DNA of 64,000 bases from positions 63,364,001 through 63,428,000 of the forward strand of contig OX597825.1 of assembly GCA_951406725.2 (NCBI GenBank). Direction: 5' to 3'. Numbering within the stretch: position 1 is the first letter of the stretch; every line of letters starts with the position of its first letter. The notes beneath the pieces are model-generated. The model did not search any database. It was not told where the DNA came from and was given only the letters and a program-made list of their open reading frames with translations. Positions 12,946 through 27,420 of this stretch are shown here, in pieces. Source of the stretch: Octopus vulgaris. Lineage: Eukaryota. Made by a program: the position numbers and the translations under genes.

Positions 12946-15362
12946 TGTCAAAGCTGAACTGAGGGTTGGACTATAAACACAAGTTTGCTAGACAACTATG
13001 ATCAAAGTTTAATCACTGGTTCCAAATATACTCCTCTACTATAATGTCAGTGTGTGTCTAGTATAAAAGCTGACAAGGTCTTAATTCAATATCGGTTTAC
13101 ACTATCTTGATTTAAAATGTAGTTTGATACTTGTGGCAATTACAGAGTTGCCTTTATAAATCTTCTAAATATCTTTGCATCAGTTTAAATTGGAAATGGA
13201 CCAATACGTTTAATCATGAAAATAAATTTCAGCCCGTAAAACATTGAGTGGTCTTCGAAGAACCATGTTTTGCTTGTCATAAATATTTATAGTTATACTT
13301 AACCATTTTACAAAAGTTGTATTCCTTTGTCTCAGATATATGGTTTGATAATTGTTGCCAAAATTGAATATTTCATTTATAAGAACCATCTTGAGTATTG
13401 CGTTACTAGTATTAAAGTGTTTCTGTTTGAAATGATAGTAAATAAAACTGTAAAAGTATTTTTACAAGTTTCCGTTTGCGTTTCTGTAAGTATAAATTGT
13501 TCAGGAGCATATCTATAAATTTGGGAGAATTAGATTCTATATACAGTAACACATACTAAACTTTGTTTACACGCAAACTTTAATAAACTTATATTGCATA
13601 CACATATAATAAGTAATATATCATCAACAAACATGAACGCCTATGCGAAGTCGTTGAACTTTCTAAAAATGGCAGCCACCTTTCCATTAATTTCCACAAT
13701 ATACTTTAAAGAAAAGATATCAAATACTAAATTGAAAAAAAAAAGAAACTTACATAGCTAACAGTAAGTTTCAGAGATAAAACCTGTTTCTTTAAATTCC
13801 CTGAGCTAATCCTTAAATATTTAAGAAAACCGTTACTCTTAAAATCTTGAACTGAGTGTAGATCATTAAAAATACTGAGGGAAAGTAATACTAACTAATT
13901 TAAATTGATGAGATAAATACTAACACTAAAAACTCATGAACGAAGGACGAATTGTTTAATTCTCCTGAGTTAAATCTAAACCACTAAAAGTCGTGAGATA
14001 AATTTTACTTGAAAAATGTCTTAAGCTGAAGACAACGCTTTAATGGTCCAGAGCCTATATACAACTCCTTATGCTATGTACTACGCCTTATAAATCGAAC
14101 ACTAAAAGCAGGACATTTGACGGTGAAGTTTGATGTTATATCTGTATAAGTATCTTGCCTGGGCAAGATTATTTTAAGAACGATTAGCAGTTGCCTATAC
14201 AAGCAAGTCACCTTCTCCACTTCAAGTTAAAGGCTGCTACTTTTGGCTGATATAGCTTGGTGGCATTGTCATCGAAGAAGTAGAGAACACCAGATACCAC
14301 AATGGAACTAGATAGCTGCTTCGACAGTTCTATAAATTCATCACCTTTGATTGATACATTTAATTTATCGACCCTGAAAAGATGAAAGGCAGAGTTAAGC
14401 TCGTTAGCGAGATATGAACTAAGATTGCACAAATTCAGAACTTCACCGCTCTAACAAATTGGTACTATTCAACGTTAAATAAAACTCACATCCAGCAGAA
14501 AAGCTAACCCTTAAAATGCTGAGTTGAGCATAGATCCTAAAGAGAAATCCTTTACTTGTTCATCTTGAGCGAGGCTTAGTGGTTCAATATTTTATCGCAT
14601 TATCTAGTAGGGTGCTGTTTGTGAGATATGAGCCTCTGCTCATCGTTTTAAGGCACCAACCAAAATAATTATCTAGGCTTGTCCCCTTATATTGATATTC
14701 AAAATAAAGAATATAACATGAATTACAGAAAGACAATTTATTCATTTATTGCTTTAACATGGAATCTACTCTTGTCGATAAATAATACATAATATAACAA
14801 GGAATATTTCGATAAATTATCTTTTCTTCAAAGTATGGTTCCAATCCTTAATCTAATACACCATTTATTTAATAAATACGAGGTATAGTGTTCTTCATAA
14901 TTCATAAGATCCATTTGTGGATCAATCTTCGCAGATCCTTTGTGTTGTTTCGTCGAATATTGATCCCTATCCAGAATAAATCGTAGTGATTCATGAAGGC
15001 TTGTCAGAAAGATAAATCTATATCACTCATGCAGCTCATATAAACCATTAAACATAAACGAGAGAACATGGATGATAAACCCAATTTAGTCATGGTATTG
15101 TTAATATAAAAAAAGAAAAAGATCGTTTTTTTTATTATCTACATTCGTTGTTATTTTTATATATACTGGTGTTACAATTTCCTGAAAATGTGTGAATTTG
15201 AATATGTTATCTCTGGATTTCTTGGAATTTGAATTGTTAAATGAAAAATTAAAGAAAATCTAAGATTAGATAAAAATATTAACCTACGTCATGTTGCACG
15301 TACTGTATTGAGTATTTTTCCAATCAGGCAATACATTCCACAATTGATATTGCAAATCTAAT

Positions 15363-15920
15363 ATCAGGTCATTAAGAATGAAATGTCTGATTTTCCTACG
15401 CACCAAGTTTGACAGTCGTTAACTCTAAAGCATTATTCTGACAATTCTTTGTTTTACAACATTGAAAAATTACGTCATCAGTTTTCGAAATGTTTTTTCT
15501 TGTAAATCGATTTTTGTGAACCCATGGCTAGATAAAAAAATATGACTTCCGCCGTGTAAACAATGCATCCTAAATAGCTTGAAGCATCAATCAGTTGTTT
15601 GGTGAAGATGTGGCGAATGAGCGCATTGTACGTCGATGGTTTGAGTAGTTCCCGTCTGGTGACTTTACTCTTGAAAATTAGCCCCGTGGTAGACCTGGAA
15701 CCAAGGTGGATAATGATGAGCTGGAAACTGTAGTGGAAGCAAATACATTTCAAACTACGTGTGGGTTAGCATCAAAGTGTGATGTTTCGATTCCGACTGT
15801 ATTGGACTATCTGAAACAAATCGGCAAGGTAATGAAGCTGGAAAAGTGGGTACCACATGAAATGAACGAGCATCAAATGAAACGTCGTCTTGAAAGTTGC
15901 TATTCTTTGCTGTCCTGGCA
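15363..15920 (+). pseudogene. Mariner transposon 5' remnant (putative TIR plus N-terminal transposase)
   Basis: Translates FGEDVANERIVRRWFE*F..GDFTLEN*PRGRP...LKQIGKVMKLEKWVPHEM, i.e. the mariner HTH and WVPHEL motif with stops; tatcaggtc.. TIR-like start. Confidence 0.88.
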
Positions 15921-16116
15921 AATGTTCTTAGAAATGGAGCTTACTTTCTGAAAGCTGTAGGTATTGATTTAAAGAAGTTTGGCTGTTGTTTTTGGCAAGT
16001 GAAACAGTCACGTAAATCAGAACATAGGTAGAATATATAAAATTTAAGATTAATATGTTGAGTAGAATACTCTGGTATGCATCGCAGAGAGAGTTACATA
16101 TAAATTGATGTATCTT

Positions 16117-16213
16117 GAGTGAAAACATAATTCTATACATGACCTACTGTTTTTATTTTTCTAACAGAGTGGAAACATAATTCTATACATAGCCTACTGT
16201 TTTTTTTAACAGA
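16117..16213. repeat. Tandem duplication, about 50-bp unit x2
   Basis: gagtg(a/g)aaacataattctatacat..cctactgttttt..taacaga occurs twice. Confidence 0.85.
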
Positions 16214-16568
16214 ATACATCATATTTTATATCATCGAAATATAGCTATACAATCAAAACAGAAAGGAATAAGATGATATTTACATAAATTGTAAACGAAA
16301 TGTATATTTTTTTCATATCTTTATATAACTGTATACAAAATTATATACGCGCTTCTAATGTTGAATAGAAGTGAGCCCAAATCGTCATTTAAAGTATATT
16401 GATGAGTCTATGACCAACATATGGCTGGCTGTTGCAGTGAACATAGTATTTATAGTAAGATATCTCTGGCCGTGGGACACAGAGTATATTTCGATTGTAA
16501 ACCTAGTGGAGCACATCGATCTCCAAGTTTAAAAAAACAAGTTTCTGCCAGAGAGAAAGGGAAAGGGA

Positions 16569-16599
<31 letters not shown>

Positions 16600-16914
16600 A
16601 AGAAAGGGAGTGAAAATGAGGAGAGAGGTAGAGAGAAAGTGAGAGAGAGACGGGTATTGACAACTGTTACTTTATTTATCGACTCCCATAAAGCTAAAAG
16701 CAAAGAAAACCTGTGCATGAAGGATTATCATTAGCCGTTTTATTTGATACCCTAATGAACTTGCAATTCAACGCTTCTCTCTTTCATTATGCCTGATCCT
16801 GAGTTTGCATGAAAGTCAGAGAAAGGGGGAAAGATAAGTAGATAGATAGATACATAGATAGAGAGAGAGTTGGGGAGAGAGAGAGAAAGAGAGAGTGTGT
16901 ATATGTATATATAG

Positions 16915-17096
16915 GACGGGGTGCTGAAAAGTTCTTTGCTTTGGGTAAAAGAAAATACAGGAGGATCATTTAATTATGATTTTATTCAACATAATCCCCT
17001 CTTGGATTCATACACTTATTGCAGCAGTCCTTCCAAGCCTTGAAAATGAATTCAGAATTTGGGCCTCCAGGCAGGAACATTTCAGCACTCCTTCGT
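16915..17096. mobile_element. Mariner-type MITE
   Basis: TIRs acggggtgctgaaaagttc and gaacatttcagcactccttcgta; second copy at 28342. Confidence 0.8.
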
Positions 17097-17569
17097 ATAT
17101 GTGCATGTGAGGCATAGACAAACAGACTAGCTGATCCAGTAGTTTTTACGTAGATAAAATATGCTCAAATGACATCCAGAATGTTCATTAGCATTTAACT
17201 GACATATAATGTTTAATTTTTTGTTTTGTTTGGAACCCTTGAACCAATCGAAACAGCATTATGATATTTAAGGAATGTGGGTAAGGGTAGTAGTTAAAAT
17301 CTAATGTTCGACATAAAATCCTTAATTTTTGCTTAAGTTAACGAGTAAGATGTCTGGTTAAAGAGAGTAATATTGTGTTCAATGTTTCTACTTTGTTATT
17401 TCAAATACCCCAGGAACATTTTGTATGCCTTACGATGATGACTCTTCTTTTCAAGGCTTCCGAACCTGGTAGAGAGAAAGAACCGCAATTTTCAGTGTTG
17501 TGTAAATATTTATTGTTTGATCTTTCTGAAACCAAAATGATAATTACAGTGGATAATATTGATTTCAAA

Positions 17570-18130
17570 TTTCAGTACAAGACCAACAATTTCGGAGGAT
17601 GGGTTAAGTCGATTATATTGACCTCGGTGCTCAACTGGTACTTATTTTATCGACCCCGAAAAACAAAAATGAATATGGTAAGTAGCTTGCTTACGAACCA
17701 CATGGTTCCAGGTTCAGTCCCACTACGTCGCACCTTGGGTAAGTGTCTTCTACTATAGCCTCGGGCCGACCAAAGTGTTGTGAGTGGATTTGGTAGATGG
17801 AAACTGAAAGAAGCCCATCGTATATATGTATGTACATATGTTTGTATGTCTGTGTTTGCCCCCCCTAGCAACATTGCTTGACAACCGATGCTGGCGTGTT
17901 TACGTCCCGGTAACTTAGCGGTTCGGCAAAAGGGACCGATAAATTAAGTACTAAGCTTACAAGGAATAAGCCCTGGTGTCGATTTGCTCGACTAAAGGCG
18001 GTGCTCCAGCATGATCACAGTCAGATGACTGAAACAATTAAAAGAGATTAAAGTTAATCTTGGCGGTATTTGAACTCAGAATGTTAAGACGGACTAAATG
18101 ATGCTAACGATTCTGCCAGCTCGCCGCCTA
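17570..18130 (-). mobile_element. Old SINE A copy split by a SINE B insertion
   Basis: SINE A reverse sequence at 17570-17665 resumes at 18050-18130 (ggtatttgaactcagaatg...ctgccagctcgccgcc). Confidence 0.75.
17676..18046 (+). mobile_element. SINE family B
   Basis: Matches 27003-27420, slightly 5'-truncated. Confidence 0.9.
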
Positions 18131-19082
18131 AACTAATGCAATAATATTGATTTATATATACATACATATACACACAACCATCAGCACACACATATGACGG
18201 TTTTCCACATTTGCTCACTGCCAGATTCACTCTAAGACATTAGTCGACACGGTGTAGAAGAAATTTGGCCAGTGGAATTGAATTCGAAACGTTTAGTTCA
18301 AAAACCTTGCATATAGCATCAAGAAAAACTTATTCTTGGAATTATTTTGATCTTCCACACAAATTCTCTTTAAAGAAATACTAAATAATGTTTTATTTCT
18401 AAAAGCTTAGATATTCAGAAAAAAATTTGTAGAGAAGATATTAAAACGTTAGGGGAAAATATATTGCAATAACACATTATGAAGAGTAGGCATGATAACC
18501 CAGTGCATTAATACTTGATATATGTAAGTTTTCGTGAAATAACTTTGAAGCTAAAGGGGTGTAGGACTGTTTCTGTGTAACAGGATATTTTGCTATGTAA
18601 TAACAGACAGCTTATATAATATCATACAGGTTTCATAAATTATCTTCTTTGGCTCCTGAGAGACAACTAAGAATTAGTAGTTACATGTATTCATGACAAT
18701 AGCAAGTGGATGTTGCTAAATGGAAGCTATTACATTACTTTCAGTTGGTGTTATTGGTAAAGAACTATAACAAATCTGCTTGATTGGAGCAAAATATACT
18801 GATAGATACATGCACTACGAAGAGACATAGTAACCTACTCACGCATAAGATACTCAGTAAAAGTGAAACTTAAGAAAAAGAGGTAACAAACAACCAATTG
18901 TATATATTCATTCATACATATACCACCGGCCATAAACTCTAACATCCATTTATACGTAGACGCATGAATATATACTCATTACTTCTGATATGCGCAAACC
19001 TCAAGGGGGGTCTCATAAAGAATAGCAGCATGTTCGCGATCTCCTTGATAACATGAAAGAACAAAATTTAATTAATCCCAAA

Positions 19083-19125
<43 letters not shown>

Positions 19126-19199
19126 CTTGTAGCATCCTTTTTGGCTGAATGTTTATCTATCTGTCTCTCTCTCCCCTTCTCTCTCTCCTCCCTCTCTCT

Positions 19200-19221
19200 C
19201 TATATATATGTATATATGTAA

Positions 19222-19278
<57 letters not shown>

Positions 19279-19447
19279 ATACTTACGCGTTTGAATGCAT
19301 CCAAATATATTCATATACATATATATATATAACTATGTTTCTATAGTTATATGTATATGTATATATATATATGTATATATGTAAATATATATATATATAT
19401 ATACACACATATAATACTTACGCGTATGAATGCATCCAAATATATTC

Positions 19448-19493
<46 letters not shown>

Positions 19494-19502
19494 CTATGTT
19501 TC

Positions 19503-19561
<59 letters not shown>

Positions 19562-19657
19562 GTAAATATATATATATACACACACATATAATACTTACGC
19601 GTATGAATGCATCCAAATATATTCATATAAATATATATATATGTATATCTATGTTTC

Positions 19658-19703
<46 letters not shown>

Positions 19704-19715
19704 TGTGTGTGTGTA

Positions 19716-19767
<52 letters not shown>

Positions 19768-19815
19768 TGTGTGAGTGTGTCTGTGTGTGCATATATATAT
19801 ATATGTATATGTACG
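19200..19815. repeat. (TA)n-based higher-order repeat, three units
   Basis: cacatataatacttacgcgt(a/t)tgaatgcatccaaatatattcata occurs three times, separated by TA runs of variable length. Confidence 0.9.
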
Positions 19816-20199
19816 TATGCATTTGTGAATGGAAATTAATCATCAGTTTTGATATGTTAGTAGAAAGTTAAGAATTATCGTGGTTTTCGAAGTAGCAGAT
19901 GTCGTGCTGCAGACTGAGATAATTAGCTTTGTAAGGAGACACTATTAAGATTTACATTACGACTATTTTGAAACAATATTTTTTCACCTGCCTCAGTAAT
20001 GTCGCGTTGTAAAATATTTCTGTTGAGAACAATGATACCACACTTTTTACACGTGCTATAGCTAACTGGACGACGCACAGAACTCACACTTCAATACCAT
20101 ATATGGTTGGATTGTGTGGAGAATCACGGATTCGCGGATCGTGAGTTCGGAATAGCATCTTGTAGTTTTCTAGAAGAGTACATTCTCAATTCAGTATTG

Positions 20200-20396
20200 G
20201 TTTTAAATGTTGGCATAAAGTCAGCAATTTCGGGAGTGCGAGGAAGTCGATTACATCGACCCTAGTGTTCATTGTTCCTCCGAAAGAATGAAAGGCACAG
20301 ACGACTTCGGCGGAACTTGAAATCAGGTCGTAAAGATAGTGGAAATGCTTCTAAGCATTTTGCCCGGCGTACTAACGATTCCGCCAGCTCGCCGCT
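20200..20396 (-). mobile_element. Degenerate SINE A
   Basis: agtcgattacatcgacc...ctaagcattttgcccggcgtactaacgattccgccagctcgccgc. Confidence 0.7.
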
Positions 20397-22509
20397 TCAT
20401 CTGAAGCCTATATTATATAGTTTCCTTTGCTGCAATATTTCGTATAGAACCTGTAAGTATCTCATTTATTAGTTTAGACAGAGCTGTTAATACTAGCCTG
20501 TTCAATTCTACTTACCAATGTATGTGGGAAACAGATAATTGGATTACTTGTTAGTCCCCTTAGTAAGGCCTATCAAACCATAAGCATTACAGATATGGGT
20601 AGAAGAAGTCATAAAAGAAAACCCAAGAATCTCCAGGCAAAGCATCGGTAGGGTTGGAAGAATATGACTTGCATTCATACCCAGGTTTAATCAACTCAGG
20701 GCGGGCCACCCGAGTGAAGTTCTATGTTGTAAGAGACGATAAACGCATGTCTAGGTTTTACGTGCTATTGTATGCAGAAGTGTTTATAAAGTTCCAGTTC
20801 CTCTTGTTTGAAATAAGCAAGGAATAAGGAATCATCTTGAAATATTACCCATGGAGCTGAATTAATGAACTGGTCGTTAATCCTGACAGAAACAACAAAA
20901 GTCTCCAGCGAACTAGTGAACTGATTTTAAGAATAAAAAATGAAGAAAGAAAAAAGGAAAAAGACTACAATTTACATAGGATATTTCAGTATCTGAAGAA
21001 GAGACCGGATAGTCACGACTGTAATGTTTTCGATCATAGGCCTAGTCAATCGATTGTAATTGATCTCAGCAACAATACCAATAGCATCGTGAACAACATC
21101 AGCAAGAAAATGATCTCCAGGCTGTAATATACAGGTGGACGTTCTATCGATGTGGTGGCGTGAGACATAGATATTTATTATTTACTTAATACTGTTAAAA
21201 TTCTTTTAAAAATTATTAGATTGGAGCCCTTGCGTTGAATGTTTAAACGCTCCTAAAGATATTTAGTTAGCATGTCACGTTTTCATGCTACATAATGCCA
21301 TATGTGCTTTTATGTTACAATAGTTATCTTATTTGATAAACCACAATTAATCACTGACCAAATAGATCGATTTTCAAAGGCCTTCCCATTGTGATTATCT
21401 GATCCTTTTATTCGGGTATGGTTATACAGCGGTCTACATTGATCAGAGTGTCCTGTCTTCTAAAAGGATCTTAAGGCGTGATTATTGAATGGTTTGGTTT
21501 CTACTTTTCACAAATAGAGCAACAACATGAAGGGTATATCTTTGAAACGCTTGAATCAGTGTCACTTGTTACCGTCAAATAATCGATCTAATATTTTTAC
21601 TTCAAAACAAATTGCTTTAGAGTGAAAGAAACGAGGGTGAAATACACAAGAAAATGCGGATTCAGGGTTTATTCCTGCGTGGAAATACTAACATTGAGTT
21701 TTATTCACTAAACTACTGATTCTTTCTATAAGGTTAATGTGAAATGGTTAATATAAATGGGAATATCAAGAAGGAGATTTATTCTCTAAACATGTGATTG
21801 TTTAGTTTGGATCAGACAGTTGTTGAGAAAACTATATATACTCGTTGAAACTACAGCCATTCAATCAATTTAAACAATAAGGTAATTCTAACTTGATAAT
21901 GATGTATTTCTCTCTAATTAATATAAACAAATATATTTCATCCATTTTATATTTCTTTATTCTAACATTCGATTCAAATTATCTAACCGAACAGCAAACA
22001 CAAGTATTTGTTTCTCACCGTCTATAATTTACTCAAAATAAATATTTCCGGAAATATATTAACAAAAGTTTTACTTGTGCCAGACACAATCTACTTCGAA
22101 TTTTTGTTATATGTTTTTTTTTCTTCTTCCTTCTCTAATATTACCATCTTCTGACATTGATCTACAATAATTTAAAATATCTCTAATTAGAAAGAAATTT
22201 TCATTTAAAGTAAATTTTTATGATTATTATTTTTTTCTTCAATGTGTTCTATTTATGTTTTTAAGCGTGGATTCTCAAATTAATTATAGTTTCCTCCAAT
22301 TTCTCCATACTTGGCGTTTGATCAATTCTTTTTGCAGTCGAAAACAAATCCCACCAACAGCAGTTTATTCGCTGAAAAGGTTTGTAATTTGATAAATTAT
22401 TTATTACTAATTTGATTTCAATTAGAAAAAAAAACGCTAATTTGATTGATGTTAGATATGATTTACAAAACATAAAAATGTTTACTGGCCAAAACTGGAG
22501 AAACAAAAC

Positions 22510-22725
22510 ATTCCTTTCTACTCTAGGCATAAGGCCCGAAATTTTGGGGGAGGGAACCAGTCGATTAGATCGACCCCAGTTCGCAACTTGTTCTTAATTT
22601 ATCGACCCCGAAAGGATGAAAAACAAAGTCAACCTCGGCTGAATTTGAACTCAGATCGTAAAGACAGACGAAATACCACTAAGCATTACACCCGTCGTGC
22701 TAACGTTTCTGCCAGCTCTCCGCCT
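22510..22725 (-). mobile_element. SINE family A, alternative-tail form
   Basis: ctttctactctaggcataaggcccgaaatttt tail with the SINE A body and head on the minus strand. Confidence 0.88.
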
Positions 22726-23676
22726 GACGAATAAAATAAACATATTAAGCAAAAGCTGTACAACAAAACTTATTCTGAGAAGTAGTTGCAAATGGTTGAT
22801 TCTACAAGGAAATTACATGGTTGATACCTAGGTAGTAAAACGAGCTTTATACAGGGAGGAGTAGAAAAAAAAACTTCCATATTTCATTCTGCTATTGATG
22901 AAGTTTGATGATGCCTTTATGTTGCTAATGTTTTGTCGTTTCGTGACGCATTTGAAACAGTGCAGCAAAATTTGCCAATTCGAAAATGTTGCACCTCGTA
23001 TTGACTTAAACTAAAATCGAAAATACTCAGAAAAATTGAACAAATCGCAATAGTTATAAGAGTAAAATATATACATTTGACCGTCTTCATTTCCTTTTTC
23101 TCTTCTTTATATACGAACACATGTGTATATGTATGTGTACGAATGTATGTATGATTATATGTGCATGGATATATGTATATATATGTTCTGTATGTGTATG
23201 TCCGTGTATGTCTGCATACATGCAGGCATGTGTGCGTGTGTCTGTATGTACGTGTGTATGTTCTCAGTTCAAGAGTCCTACTTAATCATCAGATGACAAA
23301 TTCTAGAATATCAGTTTGAAAACTGTTTTTAAGTGAGACACACTTAACAGAATCACAATTCGTAAGCTCCTAATGATTTATAAACAACTAATTATTACAG
23401 GAAAAAGATATCGGGGAAGCCATTTTTATTTGGCTTTCAAACACACACACAGATACACACACAATCCACATGCGTGTGTATGTCTGTTTGCGTGTGTGAG
23501 CCAGGTTGAGTGTGAACTTTTTATCGGATTTTCACTGCTATTTTTGACAACTTGTATCTTCATGCAATATCATTAATTTAATCAAACTTATCCAATCGTT
23601 GTGAATTGTTTGTTCTTTATTTTCGTATATAACATATAAGCAGTAATTGTTTAGTCTTTATTTTTTCACCTTTTAT

Positions 23677-24570
23677 AATGAGTGGTGAAAAAAATTGCAA
23701 TTAGAGCCATTTCACACTGCTGGCAAAACAAACTAACGATGTGGAAGGCCCAGAAACTGATAACGAAAATGTGGAACAAAACTGGTTCAGACGTTTCAAG
23801 GAAGGTGGAATCAGCCCCGAAGACAAACAAAAGTCAAGGAGTGTTATAGAAGATAAAATTTAGGCCTAAAATGTTTGAACATGATAAGCACGAGCATTTG
23901 TGCACTTTCTTCAGATCCTCGTCCTTCTCAAAGCAGCATCAGTCGATACCTCCATAAGTTCGGCCTTGTGAACAGACGCTGTCGAGAAGCTTCTCATGAA
24001 CTGACCAGTGGCCAGGCTTGACGACACGAGAACATTTTAAAACACCTACTGGCAAATCTTCAGATGTTCGTTATCGGTGTCAAATTGTAACTGAGGAGGA
24101 ACAATGGATCTAGTTTCGTAAACGCAACAAGAGAAATAAGTGGCTTTGTTCTGGCCAGGCTTCCGAACCTGTTGTCAAATAAGGGTGTTTTCAACAGACT
24201 TTTATGTTCTGTGTATAGTAAAATTTTCAGATTGTATTCCACTTTGAGCTTGTTCCACATTGTTATGCTATAAATGCTAACTTTTATGCTCAACAGATGC
24301 AGTGAGTATATGATGCTTTGAAAGTTCGGTTACCCGGCATTGGCCAGTCAAAGACGCGCTCTCCAACAGCATGGTACCCAGCACACACTGTCAATATGAC
24401 CAAAAGCATACTTAAGGAACTTGAGTTGATGGAACTGCTGTCTCATCCTGCATACACCGCAGACTTGCGCTACTAGATTACAACCTTTTCCAAGCCACGG
24501 CTTATTTCTTGCACAGACGGAGGTTAAAAAATATGGATGATTTGGAAACCAATGGAGGGGAAGATTTTTA
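23677..24570 (+). pseudogene. Decayed mariner transposase
   Basis: Frameshifted motifs QNWFRRFKEG, ASHELT (WVPHEL-like), IVTEEEQWI (IVTGDEKWI-like) and HPAYTADLA..DY (YSPDLAPSDY-like), in the expected order. Confidence 0.82.
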
Positions 24571-24578
24571 CAGTATCG

Positions 24579-24895
24579 CCAGACGTCAGATGATGTTATA
24601 TACCGCTGGTCACCATGCACTTCCAATTCTGTCTTGATTGCACCATTCTTTTCCATCTCGATCCCAAAGTGTTTAACTAAATCGTCTTCACTTCATCGTG
24701 GAGACCTTTCAAGTGGCTTTTTCCAATAAATTGGATAACACTTGGAAACTGCACTCGTCCACCTGTTGTCTGTGAACCTCACAACATGTTCGGCCTAGCG
24801 AAACTTGGGCTTTCGGTACTCAGATCGTTCACTCAGCTCCCTTCTCGACTTATTTCTTTTCGAATATTCCTATGATATCCCTAGCATGAATCATT
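24579..24895 (-). pseudogene. RTE-like LINE 3' end
   Basis: Minus strand gives KFR*AEHVVRFTDNRWT...KKPL.R.P.R..DDLVKHFG.RWKRMVQSRQNWK across frameshifts (RTE ORF C-terminus), followed by the tail gcatggtgaccagcggtatataacatcatctga. Confidence 0.75.
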
Positions 24896-26267
24896 CTATG
24901 TTTTTTTAGTCGAAGCTAAACAATGTCCTATCCTCCTCGTAGTATTCCACATCTCTCTCGTGTATAACAGTGAAAGTAAGACACCACTACACACACACAT
25001 ACATACATGCATACATACATACATTAATACATGCATACATACATACATTAATACATACATACATGCATACATACATACATTAATACATGCATACATGCAT
25101 ACATGTATGTATGTATGATTCATATACATATATCCCATCGAAAGTAATGATCCTGAGCTTATATAAAAAAATACTTTATACATATCAAGCTGAGGTAGTT
25201 AAAAACAGGGTTACATGATCTGCTACAAATAGCGATGAAATTCTCCCCATCACCTCAGAAAATACGGTCACGTAACACTCTATATACAAAAAGTATAGTT
25301 GTTGCTAAATTATATTTGACTATATATCTTAAAAGATACCTAGAATATCTTAGACCATGGCATCTTAAATGAATTAGAAACAAAAATACATTTCTTTGTC
25401 ACTGCACGCTTCAGGATCGAACCTCTGCAAAATATTATTATGTACGGAAATGCGAGTATTTGATAATATCAACAGAAAATGTGTGAATCATATTATATAA
25501 AGTGTGATCGTTATCAGATAAATATGTGTCCGGATTCAAATAAGTATTTACACTGGGTTAATTATATGTGCGACCAGAACGATGAAATCATGTGCTGTTA
25601 ACTAGTAATAAAATAACCTCTCATGTTGAAGGTAGTTAAGCTATTATCTCATTCATTATCCAACATAAAGACGGGTATTTTCTGGAAAACGATTAAAAGA
25701 AACGACATTCGAGGTGTCTGTATTTAATTGATACTAGTGGCAACGTTAATCGCTTTTGTTTCTGTGGGCTAGGCAAGCAGTAATTGTCGTGTATATATAT
25801 GTAATGATGCAAGTAATAATGTATGTAAGTATATATACACACAGACACACTCACACACACACACACACAAATATATATGTATAAATATACATACATATAC
25901 ACTTACATACACATGCACATACATACACGCACACACACATATATATATATATATATATGTATGTGAATATATGTTAGTATATACATATGATACGACACGT
26001 GTATATTAAGTGGTAAAGTGTAATATTTACGGACTCATTATTGTAGGTTGAGTCAAGTTTATTGCATGATACTGCGATTTCATATTTCTCGAGAGGCCAG
26101 TTTTGAAAGCACAGTAAAAAGCCATGTGTGTATACATACATACATACATGCATATATATATATATATGTATGTGTGTATATATATATACATATATGTATA
26201 TATACATACCTATATATGTATATGCATATACGTGCGCAAGTGCATACACTCACACGTAAACGTCCAT

Positions 26268-26313
<46 letters not shown>

Positions 26314-26579
26314 GTTACATCCATATCATTCATATCTCTTTGAAACAATGTGTTTGAGAGCAAAGCAGTCTAATGTTGGCATCAAATAGGTGGTTGCTGA
26401 CATAAGCTATTAACAAATTGTCTGTAAAATGGAATTTTTCGCTTGTTGAGTAACGTTATAGTTTGTTATTTGTTATATGCCCTTGCCTGCTGATGACGAT
26501 ATCAACTACACCAGAATTAAAAACTAGTCGGCTGTTGTTTTACTGAATTTTGTGTTGTCTTCAATCATTCAACTTGGAC

Positions 26580-27000
26580 AGAATAATGTGATGCCGCAGC
26601 AACCTAATACACACGGGATGCTGCTTTCTGAATAAACATAACATTTTGGCCTACTCTTATAAATATTGCTGGAAAATTGTCGATTTTATGTCCAGCTAAA
26701 ATCAAGAGTTAATTATTAATCCCTAATCCCTGAGAAGTGAATACTTGTATTATATCGGCATACATTTCGATAACGGTACCAAACATTGATGTCATACACC
26801 TAAAACTGCATATTTTTCTTGAGATTGATGGCCTGGAAACATTCATTATTAAGTGAAACGCATTTATCGAGAAATTATTTGCGTTCAGTTCTATTAAGAT
26901 ATACCAGAGGCATCCTACAAAACAACAGCAAGCATAAAAATGAGTACATGATGGATATTTCAGCATGCAATCAAGCAATATGCATTGCACTTACGGAGAC
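26580..27000 (+). pseudogene. Possible highly decayed LINE AP-endonuclease fragment
   Basis: Weak motifs HGMLLSE and NTCIISAY (GVGILL / TIISAYAP-like); many stops. Confidence 0.3.
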
Positions 27001-27002
27001 AC

Positions 27003-27420
27003 AGGCGCAGGAGTGGCTGTGTGGTAAGTAGCTTGCCTACCAACCACATGGTTCTGGGTTCAGTCCTACTGCGTGGCATTTTGGGCAAGTGTCTTCTGCT
27101 ATAGCCTCGGGCCGACCAATGCCTTGTGAGTGGATTTGGTAGATGGAAACTGAAAGAAGCCTGTCGCATATATGTATATATATGTATGTATGTGTATGTA
27201 TATATGTTTGTGTGTCTGTGTTTGTCCCCCCCTAGCATTGCTTGACAACCGATGCTGGTGTGTTTACGTCCCCGTAACTTAGCGGTTCGGCAAAAGAGAC
27301 CGATAAAATAAGTACTGGGCTTACAAAGAATACGTCCCGGGGTCGATTTGCTCGACTAAAGGCGGTGCTCCAGCATGGCCGCAGTCAAATGACTGAAACA
27401 AGTAAAAGAGTAAAAGAGTA
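27003..27420 (+). mobile_element. SINE family B, full-length
   Basis: A box ggagtggctgtgtggt, B box gggttcagtcc, CORE-like ttgggcaagtgtctt, internal (TA/TG)n, (gtaaaaga)n tail. Confidence 0.93.
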
